From Acidimicrobiales bacterium (GTDB lineage Bacteria > Actinomycetota > Acidimicrobiia > Acidimicrobiales > SZUA-35), in assembly GCA_013003535.1 (NCBI GenBank), contig JABDIY010000162.1, positions 58,130 to 122,129 on the forward strand: a stretch of DNA of 64,000 bases, in the 5' to 3' direction. The notes beneath the pieces were generated by a model. That model searched no databases, was not told the origin of the DNA, and was given only the letters and a program-made list of their open reading frames with translations. The first letter of the stretch is position 1, and each line of letters starts with the position of its first letter. A program made the translations under genes and the position numbers. Below, one piece after another: positions 1 through 9,411 of the stretch.

Positions 1-21
1 CACGGTCGGATCCACTCCATT

Positions 22-86
22 CAAACGGCAGCTGAGCAAACGGCAGCTGAGAGACTGCGCTCTAATAGAGCAGTTGCGTCACTGCC
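22..86. repeat. Tandem 15-mer (CAAACGGCAGCTGAG x2) leading into a GGCAG...CTGCC palindromic element
   Basis: Identical 15-mers at 22-36 and 37-51. GGCAG (42) pairs with CTGCC (82-86) around an inner GCTCT-AAT-AGAGC hairpin. The same GGCAGCTGAG start recurs at 49998 and 50027. Confidence 0.6.
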
Positions 87-120
87 CAACTGGGTGCCAG
101 AACAGCCTTCGCACCAGAAC

Positions 121-339
121 CTAGGGGTCGACTACGACGCTGCGATCCTTCTCAACCACAGTGTGTTCGCGCGTCGTTCCCATCGCCATGGTTGCGACCA
201 GCCCGATAGCACCCACGATCATCATGATGATCCCCGCTGTATTGATATTGAAGCCTGACGTTTCTACCGTCACGGCGAAGTAGAGAATGGCCCCCAACGC
301 CAGCAGGGCAAGCGACCCACCGATTCCTGATGTCCTCAT
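121..339 (-). CDS. Small two-TM membrane protein (actinobacterial DUF6458-like)
   Basis: 72 aa: GIGGSLALLALGAILYFAV...INTAGIIMMIVGAIGLV plus a polar tail. Confidence 0.75.
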   Translation of the reverse strand: MRTSGIGGSLALLALGAILYFAVTVETSGFNINTAGIIMMIVGAIGLVATMAMGTTREHTVVEKDRSVVVDP

Positions 340-482
340 TCCATTTAGCCTTTCGTACGCTCCGATTCGGAGCCGATTACGTTAGGTCGAGGTCTGCCCA
401 CCCTGCGTGGGTTCTAAACCTCGCAGATTTTAAAGTGCCCGCATCGTCTCTACGGCGTCCAGAGCTCTGTACACAAAATACA

Positions 483-512
483 CTGGGGCGCACCTCGACA
501 GGTGCGCCCCAG
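483..512 (-). terminator. Intrinsic terminator after the 570-722 small gene
   Basis: Perfect 13-bp stem CTGGGGCGCACCT/AGGTGCGCCCCAG with a 4-nt loop, followed on the minus strand by TGTATTTTGT. Confidence 0.75.
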
Positions 513-569
513 CTTCTCACGGTCTATTCGTAGTGAGATTTCGGCGAGGCCGTGATCTCACAACAGTGC

Positions 570-722
570 CTAGAAGTAGTGGCGCCGGCCCAGTGGTCGG
601 CCGATGCCTCCAAGGATTGCTAGCGCAACTCCAACGACAGCCAGGATGATCCCCAGCGTGTAGAGGATTGAGATGTCGAGAACGACACCCAGAATCAGCA
701 GTAGTACTCCGAGAACGATCAC
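570..722 (-). CDS. 50-aa membrane microprotein (DUF6131-like), absent from the ORF track
   Basis: Hand translation MIVLGVLLLILGVVLDISILYTLGIILAVVGVALAILGGIGRPLGRRHYF*. AAAGGAG RBS 5 nt before the GTG. Confidence 0.8.
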   Translation of the reverse strand: MIVLGVLLLILGVVLDISILYTLGIILAVVGVALAILGGIGRPLGRRHYF

Positions 723-1261
723 AGTTGCTCCTTTGCTTGTGCGTACAGCACGACCTACCCACAGTTCGCACGCCTAAACCCATCTCTTCCACCCGAACTC
801 CTGCTACTCGAAACCGCTTTTGCGGCATTACTGCCAATCAATCCATCCCACTGAGTTCGCCGGCGCGCGAACGGTTTCCTTGCTGCGGAACAAGCGAAGC
901 GGTGTCTATGTTCTCGTCGCAGACCACACTGCGGACAAGTTCGATAGGGCACTGCACAGCGAGACTCCGGGCTGAGTCGAGCAAATTCTTTCGCAAATTC
1001 GGCTTTGAACTCCGCGTGATCTATGTCATTGCGTTCTAGCATCGCGCCAACACTGGCGTCAGAGCTCCTCGATTACACCCTCCGCAGAAACCCAGTAGGT
1101 ATAAGGTGTTCGCGGTCTTACATCGCAAATGCGATAAACAAGGATTGATTGGAATAGAAACAAGAAGTGAACAGCACAGAAGAGATCAGGTGCGAAAGGT
1201 CAGGACCGGTCGAAAGATGCCGAAGCAATTAGAAGACTTCGGTGATTCACTAGTAACGCGC

Positions 1262-2668
1262 ATGACCTCAAACCCCACTCAACACCTTGTGGTCGACGGC
1301 TCCAACATTGCAACGGAGGGTCGAACCAATCCAAGTCTCGCCCAACTGGACGAGGCGGTATCGGCTGTCTCAAAACAGGGTTACGGCCCAGTGACGGTAA
1401 TCGTCGATGCAACGTTCCCTCGCCGCATCGACCCTTCCGAAGTTGAGGAGTTCGAGCGCCGTACGCTCGAGGGCACAATCGTGACTCCACCGGCAGGGGT
1501 CGTCGGACGAGGCGATGCTTTCATTCTGCAAGTTGCCGCCCAGGTAGACGCCGTGGTTCTCTCCAACGACTCATTCCAAGAATTCCATGGTGAGCACGAA
1601 TGGCTACTCAACGAAGACGGCCGCCTGCTCGGCGGCAAGCCAGTACCGAACGTTGGCTGGGTGTTCTCACCGCGCGGGCCAGTGCGCGGAGCGAAGAGTC
1701 GCCAGTCCGTTCGTGAGGCCAAATCCTCCAAGTCAGAGAAGCCAACCAAGACGCCGACCAAAACGGCCGCCAAGAAGTCTGCGAAAAAGCGCAAGACCAC
1801 TTCCCCGAAGCAGAAGAACCAGACGAGCTCGAAGGAAGTAAGCGCAGACAGCCCGATGCCTGTCCCGAAAGATCCTCCTGCCTCCCGGCGACGCCGAGGT
1901 GCCGAGACTCGCCGTGACGCGCAGGAAACCGGAGCCAAATCGAGCGCGCCCAAGCCGAGCGCGCCCAAATCGAGCGCGCCCAAATCGAGCGCGCCCAAAT
2001 CGAACGGCGTGAAGGCGAAGAAATCAGCGAAGTCGAAAGAGTCGAATCATCTCAACGATGTCACGGAGTTCATGAGCTTCGTGAGCGCGCATTCCTTGGG
2101 TGACACCATCCAGGGAGAGGTGGAGCGATTTTCAAGTCACGGTTGCTATCTCCGGGTAGCGACCGCCCAGTGTTATCTGCCAAGCAAGGCGATGGGAGAT
2201 CCGCCCCCTACCAAGGCCCGGGACGTTGTGTCCAAGGGTCAACTGGTGGAGGCAAAGGTGGAGTCTCTCGACGCCGAACGACGAGGGATCAACGTTTCGC
2301 TGATCCGCGTGCTCCCTCGGGCAGATCGCAGTGATCAGCAGAAACCCTCGTCCTTGCCAAATGGCAGGTCGATTAGCAACACGCCCCGTAGGAGCGAATC
2401 AATTATGGCAACACCCAAGAAGGCTGCGAAGAAGCGGACCACAAAGAAAGCTGCGGTCAAGAAGACCGTGGCCAAGAAGACAACAGCGAAGAAAGCAGCG
2501 AAAAAGGCTCCGGCCAAGAAAGCTGCTGCGAAGAAGGCACCCGCCAAGAAAGCCGCACCAAAGAAAGCTGCAGCAAAGAAGGCACCCGCCAAGAAAGCCG
2601 CCCCAAAGAAAGCTGCAGCAAAGAAGCGGACTACAAAGAAGGCTGCGAAGCGCACCACAAAGCGCTAA
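1262..2668 (+). CDS. Zc3h12a/Regnase-like PIN (NYN) RNase + S1 RNA-binding domain + histone-H1-like Lys/Ala tail
   Basis: PIN acidic motifs VVDGSNIA, VIVDA, GRGDAFIL, VLSNDSFQEF. S1 motif GDTIQGEVERFSSHGCYL...EAKVESLDAERRGINVSL. C-terminal AAKKAPAKK repeats. Start moved to ATG 1262. Confidence 0.8.
   Translation: MTSNPTQHLVVDGSNIATEGRTNPSLAQLDEAVSAVSKQGYGPVTVIVDATFPRRIDPSEVEEFERRTLEGTIVTPPAGVVGRGDAFILQVAAQVDAVVLSNDSFQEFHGEHEWLLNEDGRLLGGKPVPNVGWVFSPRGPVRGAKSRQSVREAKSSKSEKPTKTPTKTAAKKSAKKRKTTSPKQKNQTSSKEVSADSPMPVPKDPPASRRRRGAETRRDAQETGAKSSAPKPSAPKSSAPKSSAPKSNGVKAKKSAKSKESNHLNDVTEFMSFVSAHSLGDTIQGEVERFSSHGCYLRVATAQCYLPSKAMGDPPPTKARDVVSKGQLVEAKVESLDAERRGINVSLIRVLPRADRSDQQKPSSLPNGRSISNTPRRSESIMATPKKAAKKRTTKKAAVKKTVAKKTTAKKAAKKAPAKKAAAKKAPAKKAAPKKAAAKKAPAKKAAPKKAAAKKRTTKKAAKRTTKR
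1935..2003 (+). repeat. 15-nt coding tandem repeat (KSSAP/KPSAP x4)
   Basis: CCAAATCGAGCGCGC units in the linker between the PIN and S1 domains. Confidence 0.8.
2405..2668 (+). CDS. Possible nested in-frame histone-H1-like protein (87 aa)
   Basis: AGGAG at 2390-2394, 10 nt before the in-frame ATG of MATPKKAAKKRTTKK. Abrupt switch to K/A/T/P composition at this Met. Confidence 0.55.
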   Translation: MATPKKAAKKRTTKKAAVKKTVAKKTTAKKAAKKAPAKKAAAKKAPAKKAAPKKAAAKKAPAKKAAPKKAAAKKRTTKKAAKRTTKR

Positions 2669-2689
2669 GAATTCTTCGAAGCCGATTGG

Positions 2690-2709
2690 GCCCCTGTGGC
2701 GGCAGGGGC
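2690..2709 (+). terminator. GC hairpin after the H1-like ORF
   Basis: GCCCCTG-TGGCGG-CAGGGGC, weak U-tract. Confidence 0.45.
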
Positions 2710-2734
2710 TGCCTTCGGCAATACCATCCGTGCC

Positions 2735-4420
2735 ATGTCGGCACAGTACATATACTCGATGCACAAGGTGGGCCGGTACTACCCCCCGGATCGTCAAGTC
2801 CTCGAAAACATCAGCCTGTCCTTTTTTCCCGGGGCCAAGATCGGGGTCCTCGGGTCGAACGGCTCGGGCAAGTCATCGCTGCTGCGAATCATGGCGGGCC
2901 TCGACGACGGCTATTCCGGTGAAGCACGCCTCACGCCGGGCTTCACCGTTGGATACCTCGAACAGGAGCCGAGCCTTGACCCATCGAAGGATGTGCGCGG
3001 CAACGTGATGGATGGCGCCGGGGCAACTGTCAAGCTTCTCGCCGATTATGAGGCGCTGATGGAGCAGTGGGCCGATCCGGAAGCCGATTACGAAAAACTG
3101 GGCGCGACCCAGGCCGACTTGGAGGCAAAGATCGAGGCGGCTCAGGGATGGGATCTTCAGCGCACCATAGAGATCGCGATGGATGCTCTACGGCTTCCGC
3201 CCCCGGAAGAGTCCGTGGTACATCTGTCCGGTGGCGAAAAGCGCCGGGTTGCGCTCTGTCGGCTATTGCTCAATCAACCCGATCTACTCTTGCTCGACGA
3301 ACCCACGAACCACCTCGATGCCGAGAGTGTTCACTGGCTGGAGAAACGTCTCGACTCGTATCCGGGCACGGTGGTTGCCATAACGCATGACCGCTACTTC
3401 CTGGACAACGTGGCAAAGTGGATACTCGAACTAGATCGGGGCAAGGGCATTCCCTTCGAAGGAAACTACTCCTCGTGGCTTGAACAGAAACAGGACAGGC
3501 TGGACTCAGAGCAGCGCGCCCAAGCAGCCAAGAAACGAACCCTGGCGCGTGAACTCGAATGGGTGCGCATGGCGCCAAAGGCCCGCCAGGCGAAGGGAAA
3601 AGCCCGACTTTCGGCATATGAGAACCTCCGAAAAGCATCAGAGGCATACGATCCCACTCAGGAGAAGGTCCAGATCCATATCCCATCCGGCCCTCGCCTG
3701 GGCGATCAGGTGATCGACGTAAACAATCTCTCCAAGGCCTTCGGCGACAAACTCTTGATCGAAGACCTTTCCTTCAAGTTGCCGAAAGCCGGAATCGTGG
3801 GAGTCATCGGCGGAAACGGCGCGGGCAAGACCACGCTCTTCAAGATGCTCATCGCTGCAGCCACCGGAGACGGTGAAAAGCCAGATCGTGGCGAAATCAC
3901 GATTGGATCCACCGTGAAAATGTCCTATGTGGACCAAAGCCGAGACGTGTTGAATCCGGACAACACCGTCTATCGGGAGATCACCGGGGGCGAGGAGGTG
4001 ATCGACCTCGCTGGGCGCGAGGTGAACGGTCGCGCCTATGTAGCCAGCTTCAACTTTCGTGGATCCGACCAACAAAAAGACGTCGGTCTGCTTTCGGGCG
4101 GAGAACGAAACCGGGTCCATCTGGCCAAGGTGCTCAAGGACAATGGCAACGTGCTCCTCCTCGACGAACCCACCAACGACCTCGATGTCGACACGCTGAG
4201 AGCCCTTGAAGATGGGCTGGACCGGTTCGCCGGTTGCGCCGTGGTGATCTCCCACGATCGCTGGTTCCTCGACCGTATCGCCACTCACATCCTCGCATTC
4301 GAGGGCGATAGCCAAGTCCGCTGGTTCGAAGGCAACTTCTCAGAGTACGAATCGTTCCGGGAGGAACAGTTCGGCGAAGCGGCCTTGCCCCACCGGCTCA
4401 ACTACAAATCTGCGGTGTGA
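2735..4420 (+). CDS. ettA: Energy-dependent translational throttle ABC-F ATPase
   Basis: MSAQYIYSMHKV start, two ABC cassettes (GSNGSGKS, GGNGAGKT, LSGGE, LLDEPTN), KARQAKGKARL linker. TACCAT 7 nt upstream. Confidence 0.95.
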   Translation: MSAQYIYSMHKVGRYYPPDRQVLENISLSFFPGAKIGVLGSNGSGKSSLLRIMAGLDDGYSGEARLTPGFTVGYLEQEPSLDPSKDVRGNVMDGAGATVKLLADYEALMEQWADPEADYEKLGATQADLEAKIEAAQGWDLQRTIEIAMDALRLPPPEESVVHLSGGEKRRVALCRLLLNQPDLLLLDEPTNHLDAESVHWLEKRLDSYPGTVVAITHDRYFLDNVAKWILELDRGKGIPFEGNYSSWLEQKQDRLDSEQRAQAAKKRTLARELEWVRMAPKARQAKGKARLSAYENLRKASEAYDPTQEKVQIHIPSGPRLGDQVIDVNNLSKAFGDKLLIEDLSFKLPKAGIVGVIGGNGAGKTTLFKMLIAAATGDGEKPDRGEITIGSTVKMSYVDQSRDVLNPDNTVYREITGGEEVIDLAGREVNGRAYVASFNFRGSDQQKDVGLLSGGERNRVHLAKVLKDNGNVLLLDEPTNDLDVDTLRALEDGLDRFAGCAVVISHDRWFLDRIATHILAFEGDSQVRWFEGNFSEYESFREEQFGEAALPHRLNYKSAV

Positions 4421-4553
4421 CCAAGCCCAGCGCGATCCAAGCCGTTCGCCCGAGCCTCTCGATGGCACGATCGCTGGAGCAGTCTGACGAGATAGTCCAG
4501 ACGTCACACAGGCTGGTATCGCATATCTCCGCTGAATACAGCACACTCAACTG

Positions 4554-6224
4554 ATGGCCATTTCCTCGTCGGCCCCCGTCGATCCGCCCACTTCTGAACC
4601 CTCGGGCCTATTCGTCCCGTCGCCGGTTCCGCCGCAGGACCGGAAATGGGGGTCCTTCAGCGACACCCCGCCATGGATTCTTCCTAGCAGAATGCCGATT
4701 TGGCGAACTGGCGCCGCACGTCGCCGCAAAGACCAGGCGCGTGAGCTGCCTACCTACTATCGGGCTCCGAAGCTACCCCCGTTACGGCGCGCCCTCACGG
4801 TGGCTCGAATCTTGGGTCAAGCAGTGCTGGTCTGGGCCGTAAAAGAACGGGGTCGCCCATCCTCCAAAGCCGGGATCAGTCGCCGACTGAGGGTGGCGGC
4901 CGAGCGGCTGGGTCCCACGTACATCAAATTGGCGCAGATCATCAGCGCCGGCGAAGGGGTGTTCCCAGCCGAGCTGGTTGCGGAATGCAAGAAGTGTCGG
5001 GACCAGGTGCCGCCGGTTGATTATCCCGCCGTTGTTGAAGTGGTAGAGGAGCAGTTGGGCCGCCCGATCCACGAAGTCTTCTCCCGGTTCGCTCCCACCC
5101 CGATTGCCGCGGCATCCATTGCCCAGGTTCACCGGGCCACCCTTGTGGATGGCACGGAAGTCGTGGTCAAGGTCCAGCGGCCTGGAATCGACGAGCTGGT
5201 GAAGAAGGACTTGAAGGTCTTGGCCTTCATCGCTCCCCTGCTCGTTGGACGTATCCCGGTTTCCGCTCTGGCCAATCCGCCGGCGCTTGTCGAGTTGTTC
5301 GCCGAGACCATCATCGAGGAATTGGACTTCCACCTCGAAGGCGACAATATGCTCGATGTCGCCGAGGTCATGGTGAAGCTGAATCAGACCGGCTTCGTGA
5401 TCCCCCGACCCCATCCCGAATTGGTCACCGAAAAGATCCTCGTGATGGAGGAGCTGAAAGGGTTCAGTTTTGATGACGTTGCCGGCATGAAGAAGGCTGG
5501 CGTCAACACCCACGATGTGATCCGCACCGGTATGATCGGCTTCCTCGAAGGTGCCTTCCTCCACGGCGTTTTCCACGGCGACCTCCACGGCGGCAACCTT
5601 CTCGTTCTCCCCGATGGCCGAACTGGGCTCATGGACTTTGGGATTACCGGCCGTCTCAGCGACGCTGAAAAGCAGGCCTTCATGAAAATGATGATGACGG
5701 CAACAATGAACGATGTGAACGGCCAGGTTGAGGCGCTTCGGGACCTCGGAACGCTTCCGCCCGGTACCGACGTTGCGGCCGTCGTGCGAGACCTCGGCCT
5801 TGACGGGCCGCCGATCGACCCCAACAAGCTGACCCCCGATGAGCTGATCGCGGAACTCCAGCGAATCATGAAAGCACTGCTCGGTTACGGCGCTCGACTC
5901 CCCAAGCCGTTGATGCTTTATGTGAAAAACCTGATCTTCATCGATGGTGCTATCGCAACGTTGGCTCCCGACTTGGACCTCTTCGGCGAGGTCACCTACA
6001 TTGCCACGCATTTCTTCACCCAACACGGCCAGACCATCGCCAACGAACTGGGCGTTGACCACGGTGATTGGCAGCTCGATCTCGACGGCATCAAGGCCGG
6101 GTTTGGCGTTGACCCCACTGAGCGAGAAGCGCTGAGCCACGCTGAACTCACGGCTCGACGGGCGGAGATCAACAAGCGCCTCGCGGGCGAGAACCCGCTG
6201 AAGTCCTTCCGGGGGTTTATGTAG
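4554..6224 (+). CDS. ABC1/AarF/UbiB atypical kinase
   Basis: LGPTYIKLAQ, IAAASIAQVHRA, VVVKVQRP, FHGDLHGGN, MDFG. Confidence 0.9.
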   Translation: MAISSSAPVDPPTSEPSGLFVPSPVPPQDRKWGSFSDTPPWILPSRMPIWRTGAARRRKDQARELPTYYRAPKLPPLRRALTVARILGQAVLVWAVKERGRPSSKAGISRRLRVAAERLGPTYIKLAQIISAGEGVFPAELVAECKKCRDQVPPVDYPAVVEVVEEQLGRPIHEVFSRFAPTPIAAASIAQVHRATLVDGTEVVVKVQRPGIDELVKKDLKVLAFIAPLLVGRIPVSALANPPALVELFAETIIEELDFHLEGDNMLDVAEVMVKLNQTGFVIPRPHPELVTEKILVMEELKGFSFDDVAGMKKAGVNTHDVIRTGMIGFLEGAFLHGVFHGDLHGGNLLVLPDGRTGLMDFGITGRLSDAEKQAFMKMMMTATMNDVNGQVEALRDLGTLPPGTDVAAVVRDLGLDGPPIDPNKLTPDELIAELQRIMKALLGYGARLPKPLMLYVKNLIFIDGAIATLAPDLDLFGEVTYIATHFFTQHGQTIANELGVDHGDWQLDLDGIKAGFGVDPTEREALSHAELTARRAEINKRLAGENPLKSFRGFM

Positions 6225-6386
6225 CTAAGGTCCCGAAAACCTGACAATGGAAAACCCTTATGGGTGCAGATCTGATCGCCACATCACAAAGCGAGGTCGC
6301 ACTAGGGTTATCGAAATGCTCGCCCAGGTAGAGGCCCCGCAAAGGTCCGCGAATCAACGGACCGGAAAAGTCGAAAGCCGGGAACC

Positions 6387-7514
6387 ATGACCCTTCGCGT
6401 CCTCAGCGCCGAACCAGGCGGAACGGGAATGCCGCTTGATCCCCAGACACTCGAAGCAGCGACCCGTTCCGGTTGGGTCTGGATCGACATGGAAGCGGAG
6501 GATGCCGCCGAATTGGAAATAGTTGCGGGTCTCCTGGGCCTCGATTCCATGGCGATCAGCGACGCCATCGAAGACGAAGATCATGCCAAGCTGGACGATT
6601 TTGGCGATCACCTGCTTCTCATCCTGCACGGGCTTTCCGAAGCCGACGATGGCGACATCAGCACCTACGAGCTGGACTGCTTTCTCACGGAGACTGCCTT
6701 GGTAACGGTACGGTCGGGTCCGTCTCGTTCAGTCGAGCGGCTCTGGGCCGAACTCCAATCCAGTCAGGAACTCGCCCACGGCGGCGCGGATCAACTGCTG
6801 GCCCGGCTGGCCGCTGTACTCCTGCGCCGGTGGATCGCAGTGGTGGACACTGTGGAGGTGGCGCTGGATGAACTCACCGAGCGGGCCCTTGCGGCTGATC
6901 AGGAAGTACTCCGGGAAGTGACATTACTGCGCGGTGAACTGGGCTCGATCAGACGAATGGCCCGCCCACAGCTCCAGGCGTTGGGCGAGGTCAGTCGGAC
7001 CCAATCGATGCTTGTCAGTGAGGCGGGCCGGCGTCGCTTCGCCGACGCTCGCGATGCCGCTGTTCGAGTGGATCAGACGTTGGAATCCACACGAGCCTCA
7101 TTGAAGGATGCCCTGGATGCCTACTATGGCGCCCAAGCTCAACGGGCCACCGAGGTATCCCGGGTGCTCACCATCTATGCAGCAATTCTGCTGCCGCTAT
7201 CGCTCGTGGTTGGCTACTACGGAATGAACACTCCTGGGCTGCCCGGCGCATCCAGCGATAACGGCTGGCAATGGATCACCGCTATGCTCGTTGGGGTTGC
7301 CGTGATATCTCTCGGTGTGTTCGTTGCCGTCGGCTGGATTCGACTCCCGGCGCAACGGCGAGCCTCGAGTGTGTCCCAAGCAATCCGCGCCGCCTTGCGA
7401 GCGCCAGCGCATGTGGGCGGCGCTCTTTACAAAGCGGCGGCTCCTACCGCCCGTCGAAAGGTGCCCAGCGGACGTTGGCCGACCGGATATCGCAGGCCGA
7501 AGCCGAATCCCTGA
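6387..7514 (+). CDS. corA: CorA-family Mg2+/Co2+ transporter
   Basis: GYYGMN signature after TM1, WVWIDM N-terminal motif, second TM helix. Confidence 0.88.
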   Translation: MTLRVLSAEPGGTGMPLDPQTLEAATRSGWVWIDMEAEDAAELEIVAGLLGLDSMAISDAIEDEDHAKLDDFGDHLLLILHGLSEADDGDISTYELDCFLTETALVTVRSGPSRSVERLWAELQSSQELAHGGADQLLARLAAVLLRRWIAVVDTVEVALDELTERALAADQEVLREVTLLRGELGSIRRMARPQLQALGEVSRTQSMLVSEAGRRRFADARDAAVRVDQTLESTRASLKDALDAYYGAQAQRATEVSRVLTIYAAILLPLSLVVGYYGMNTPGLPGASSDNGWQWITAMLVGVAVISLGVFVAVGWIRLPAQRRASSVSQAIRAALRAPAHVGGALYKAAAPTARRKVPSGRWPTGYRRPKPNP

Positions 7515-7531
7515 GAAAGGGAGGAATGGGA

Positions 7532-8284
7532 TCAGCCGCGCAGGACCTCCAGGCAGCGGTCAGCGAACTCCGGTCGGCAAATCAGCAGGTCCGGCAGATA
7601 CGGATCGGCGTTGTTGTACATCATGGGCGAGCCATCAATCCGAGAACAATGCAAGCCGGCCGCACGCGCCACCGCAACCGGGGCGCAGCTGTCCCATTCA
7701 TATTGGCCACCGGAATGGGCATAGATATCGGCCTGGCCACGAACCACAGCCATCGCCTTGGCGCCGGCTGATCCCATCTCTAGGTATTCAGCGTCCAACG
7801 CGGCGGCCAACATTTGAGCAACCGGCGGACGGCGAGTCCGGCTGACGATGACCCGTGGAGTCGCCGATGGCATTGGGGGCACCGTTGGCGGATGCAGCGT
7901 ACCGAACACCAGATCCTCCGCCGGAAGCGCTACGGCGCCAGCGATGGGGCTGCCGTCGGCAACGAGAGCTATGTGAACCGCCCAGTCGACCCGCGGCGGC
8001 TCAGCGTATTCTCGTGTCCCATCAACGGGGTCTACGATCCAGACCCGATCGGCGGCGAGCCGATCGAGACGATCAGCTCCCTCTTCGGACAGGAGGGCAT
8101 CCCCGGGGCGCTCGGCGGCCAAACGCTCGGCGATGAAGCGATGGGCGGCAGCGTCGCCGGCGTCTTTCATCGCCCAGTGATGAGCCTCGTGATCCACCAA
8201 CCGCTCGCGCAACTCGAGCAAGATTTTCCCGGTATCGGACGCCAACTGGGCCGCTAAAGCGTGGTCTTCAGGTGGTGCACTCAC
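7532..8284 (-). CDS. cysQ: 3'(2'),5'-bisphosphate nucleotidase (inositol monophosphatase family)
   Basis: LLSEEG, WIVDPVDGTREY, GSAGAK, EWDSCAP. Start moved to GTG 8284. Confidence 0.9.
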   Translation of the reverse strand: MSAPPEDHALAAQLASDTGKILLELRERLVDHEAHHWAMKDAGDAAAHRFIAERLAAERPGDALLSEEGADRLDRLAADRVWIVDPVDGTREYAEPPRVDWAVHIALVADGSPIAGAVALPAEDLVFGTLHPPTVPPMPSATPRVIVSRTRRPPVAQMLAAALDAEYLEMGSAGAKAMAVVRGQADIYAHSGGQYEWDSCAPVAVARAAGLHCSRIDGSPMMYNNADPYLPDLLICRPEFADRCLEVLRG

Positions 8285-8303
8285 GTGCCACACCGTAACT
8301 GCC

Positions 8304-8585
8304 TTACTCCTCGGGCGGACCGAAAGGTTCTTTGGCGTCCAGGTAGCACTCCTCGTGGAAGTGCTCCACGTGATCCCACACACCCTTGACGTAGATGTTG
8401 CAGATGACCTGCATATCGCGGTGACGAGCCCGAAATTTGACTCGCTCCTCGCAGTGTTGGCACTCGGTCATACTGCCCGCCTCGATGAGTCGGGTCACAG
8501 CACGGGAGGTCCACTTTTTCGGGGCCGGTTTGGCGGCAGCTCCCTTTTTCGCAGGAGATTTTTTCGACGCCACTCTGGTTGCCAT
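8304..8585 (-). CDS. 93-aa putative zinc-finger protein with a Lys/Ala-rich N-tail
   Basis: C-x2-C-x31-H-x2-C (ECQHC...FHEEC), N-terminus SKKSPAKKGAAAKPAPKK. Confidence 0.7.
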   Translation of the reverse strand: MATRVASKKSPAKKGAAAKPAPKKWTSRAVTRLIEAGSMTECQHCEERVKFRARHRDMQVICNIYVKGVWDHVEHFHEECYLDAKEPFGPPEE

Positions 8586-8681
8586 GAAGTAACTATCGGC
8601 AGGAATCGCGGGGTATTGAGGTGCTCGGTTTCTCGCCAGCAGCGCAGGGGTGAGCAGCGTTGGGACCAATAGGCTGCTGGC

Positions 8682-9341
8682 GTGAGATTGGTAGTAGCCG
8701 AGTGCACCGTGACCTACGAGGGACGGCTGACTTCACGGCTGGGTCGAGCCAAACGACTGTTGATGATCAAGGCCGACGGTTGTGTTGCGATCCATGCGGA
8801 TGGCGGCGCCTACAAACCTCTGAACTGGATGAACGCACCCAATATCTTCATCGAGGACCAGAGGAGCTGGAAGGTGTCAAACCAGAAGGGCGAGGTGATC
8901 GTGATCGACCTTCACTCCGTAGAAAGCGACACCACCGTGGAGTTGGGGACGGACCCCGGCCTTCAGAAAGATGGGGTGGAGAGCCACCTTCAGGAATTGC
9001 TTTCTGAGCAACCCGACGTGATCGAGCACGGCCTTCAACTGATCCGTCGAGAATACCCCACCGAAATCGGTCCAGTGGATCTGCTCTGTCGAGACGCCGC
9101 GGGAAATACCGTGGCAGTGGAGATCAAGCGGCGCGGCGAAATCGATGGCGTTGAGCAGCTCACTCGGTACCTCAAGTTTCTCAACGGTCAGCCCGACCTC
9201 GCTCCCGTGAGAGGTGTGTTCGCGGCCCAACTCATAAAGCCGCAGGCCAAGGTGTTGGCAGGTAGTCGCGAGATCGACTGTGTAGAGGTGGACTACGACG
9301 TTCTTTGCGGTGTGGAACGCCCTCAACAGAAACTCTTCTAA
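8682..9341 (+). CDS. nucS: Mismatch-repair endonuclease NucS/EndoMS
   Basis: [60 protein letters not shown] 6 nt upstream. Confidence 0.95.
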   Translation: MRLVVAECTVTYEGRLTSRLGRAKRLLMIKADGCVAIHADGGAYKPLNWMNAPNIFIEDQRSWKVSNQKGEVIVIDLHSVESDTTVELGTDPGLQKDGVESHLQELLSEQPDVIEHGLQLIRREYPTEIGPVDLLCRDAAGNTVAVEIKRRGEIDGVEQLTRYLKFLNGQPDLAPVRGVFAAQLIKPQAKVLAGSREIDCVEVDYDVLCGVERPQQKLF

Positions 9342-9411
9342 GCCAATCCGATGTTGGCAGACTTGCCCAGCCTGACACTGATCAAGGCGGCAGAAGTGCC
9401 AGAATCAAGGG

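Noticed and set aside
668-1042. ORFs 668-1039(+), 755-1042(-) and 517-837(-)
   Set aside because: No recognisable motifs or RBS. 517-837 shadows the real 50-aa gene in another frame.
4782-6140. 452-aa minus-strand ORF, and similar long antisense ORFs (e.g. 30028-30858, 36875-37693, 51885-52850, 56201-57349)
   Set aside because: Antisense shadows of well-supported genes, expected in high-GC DNA.
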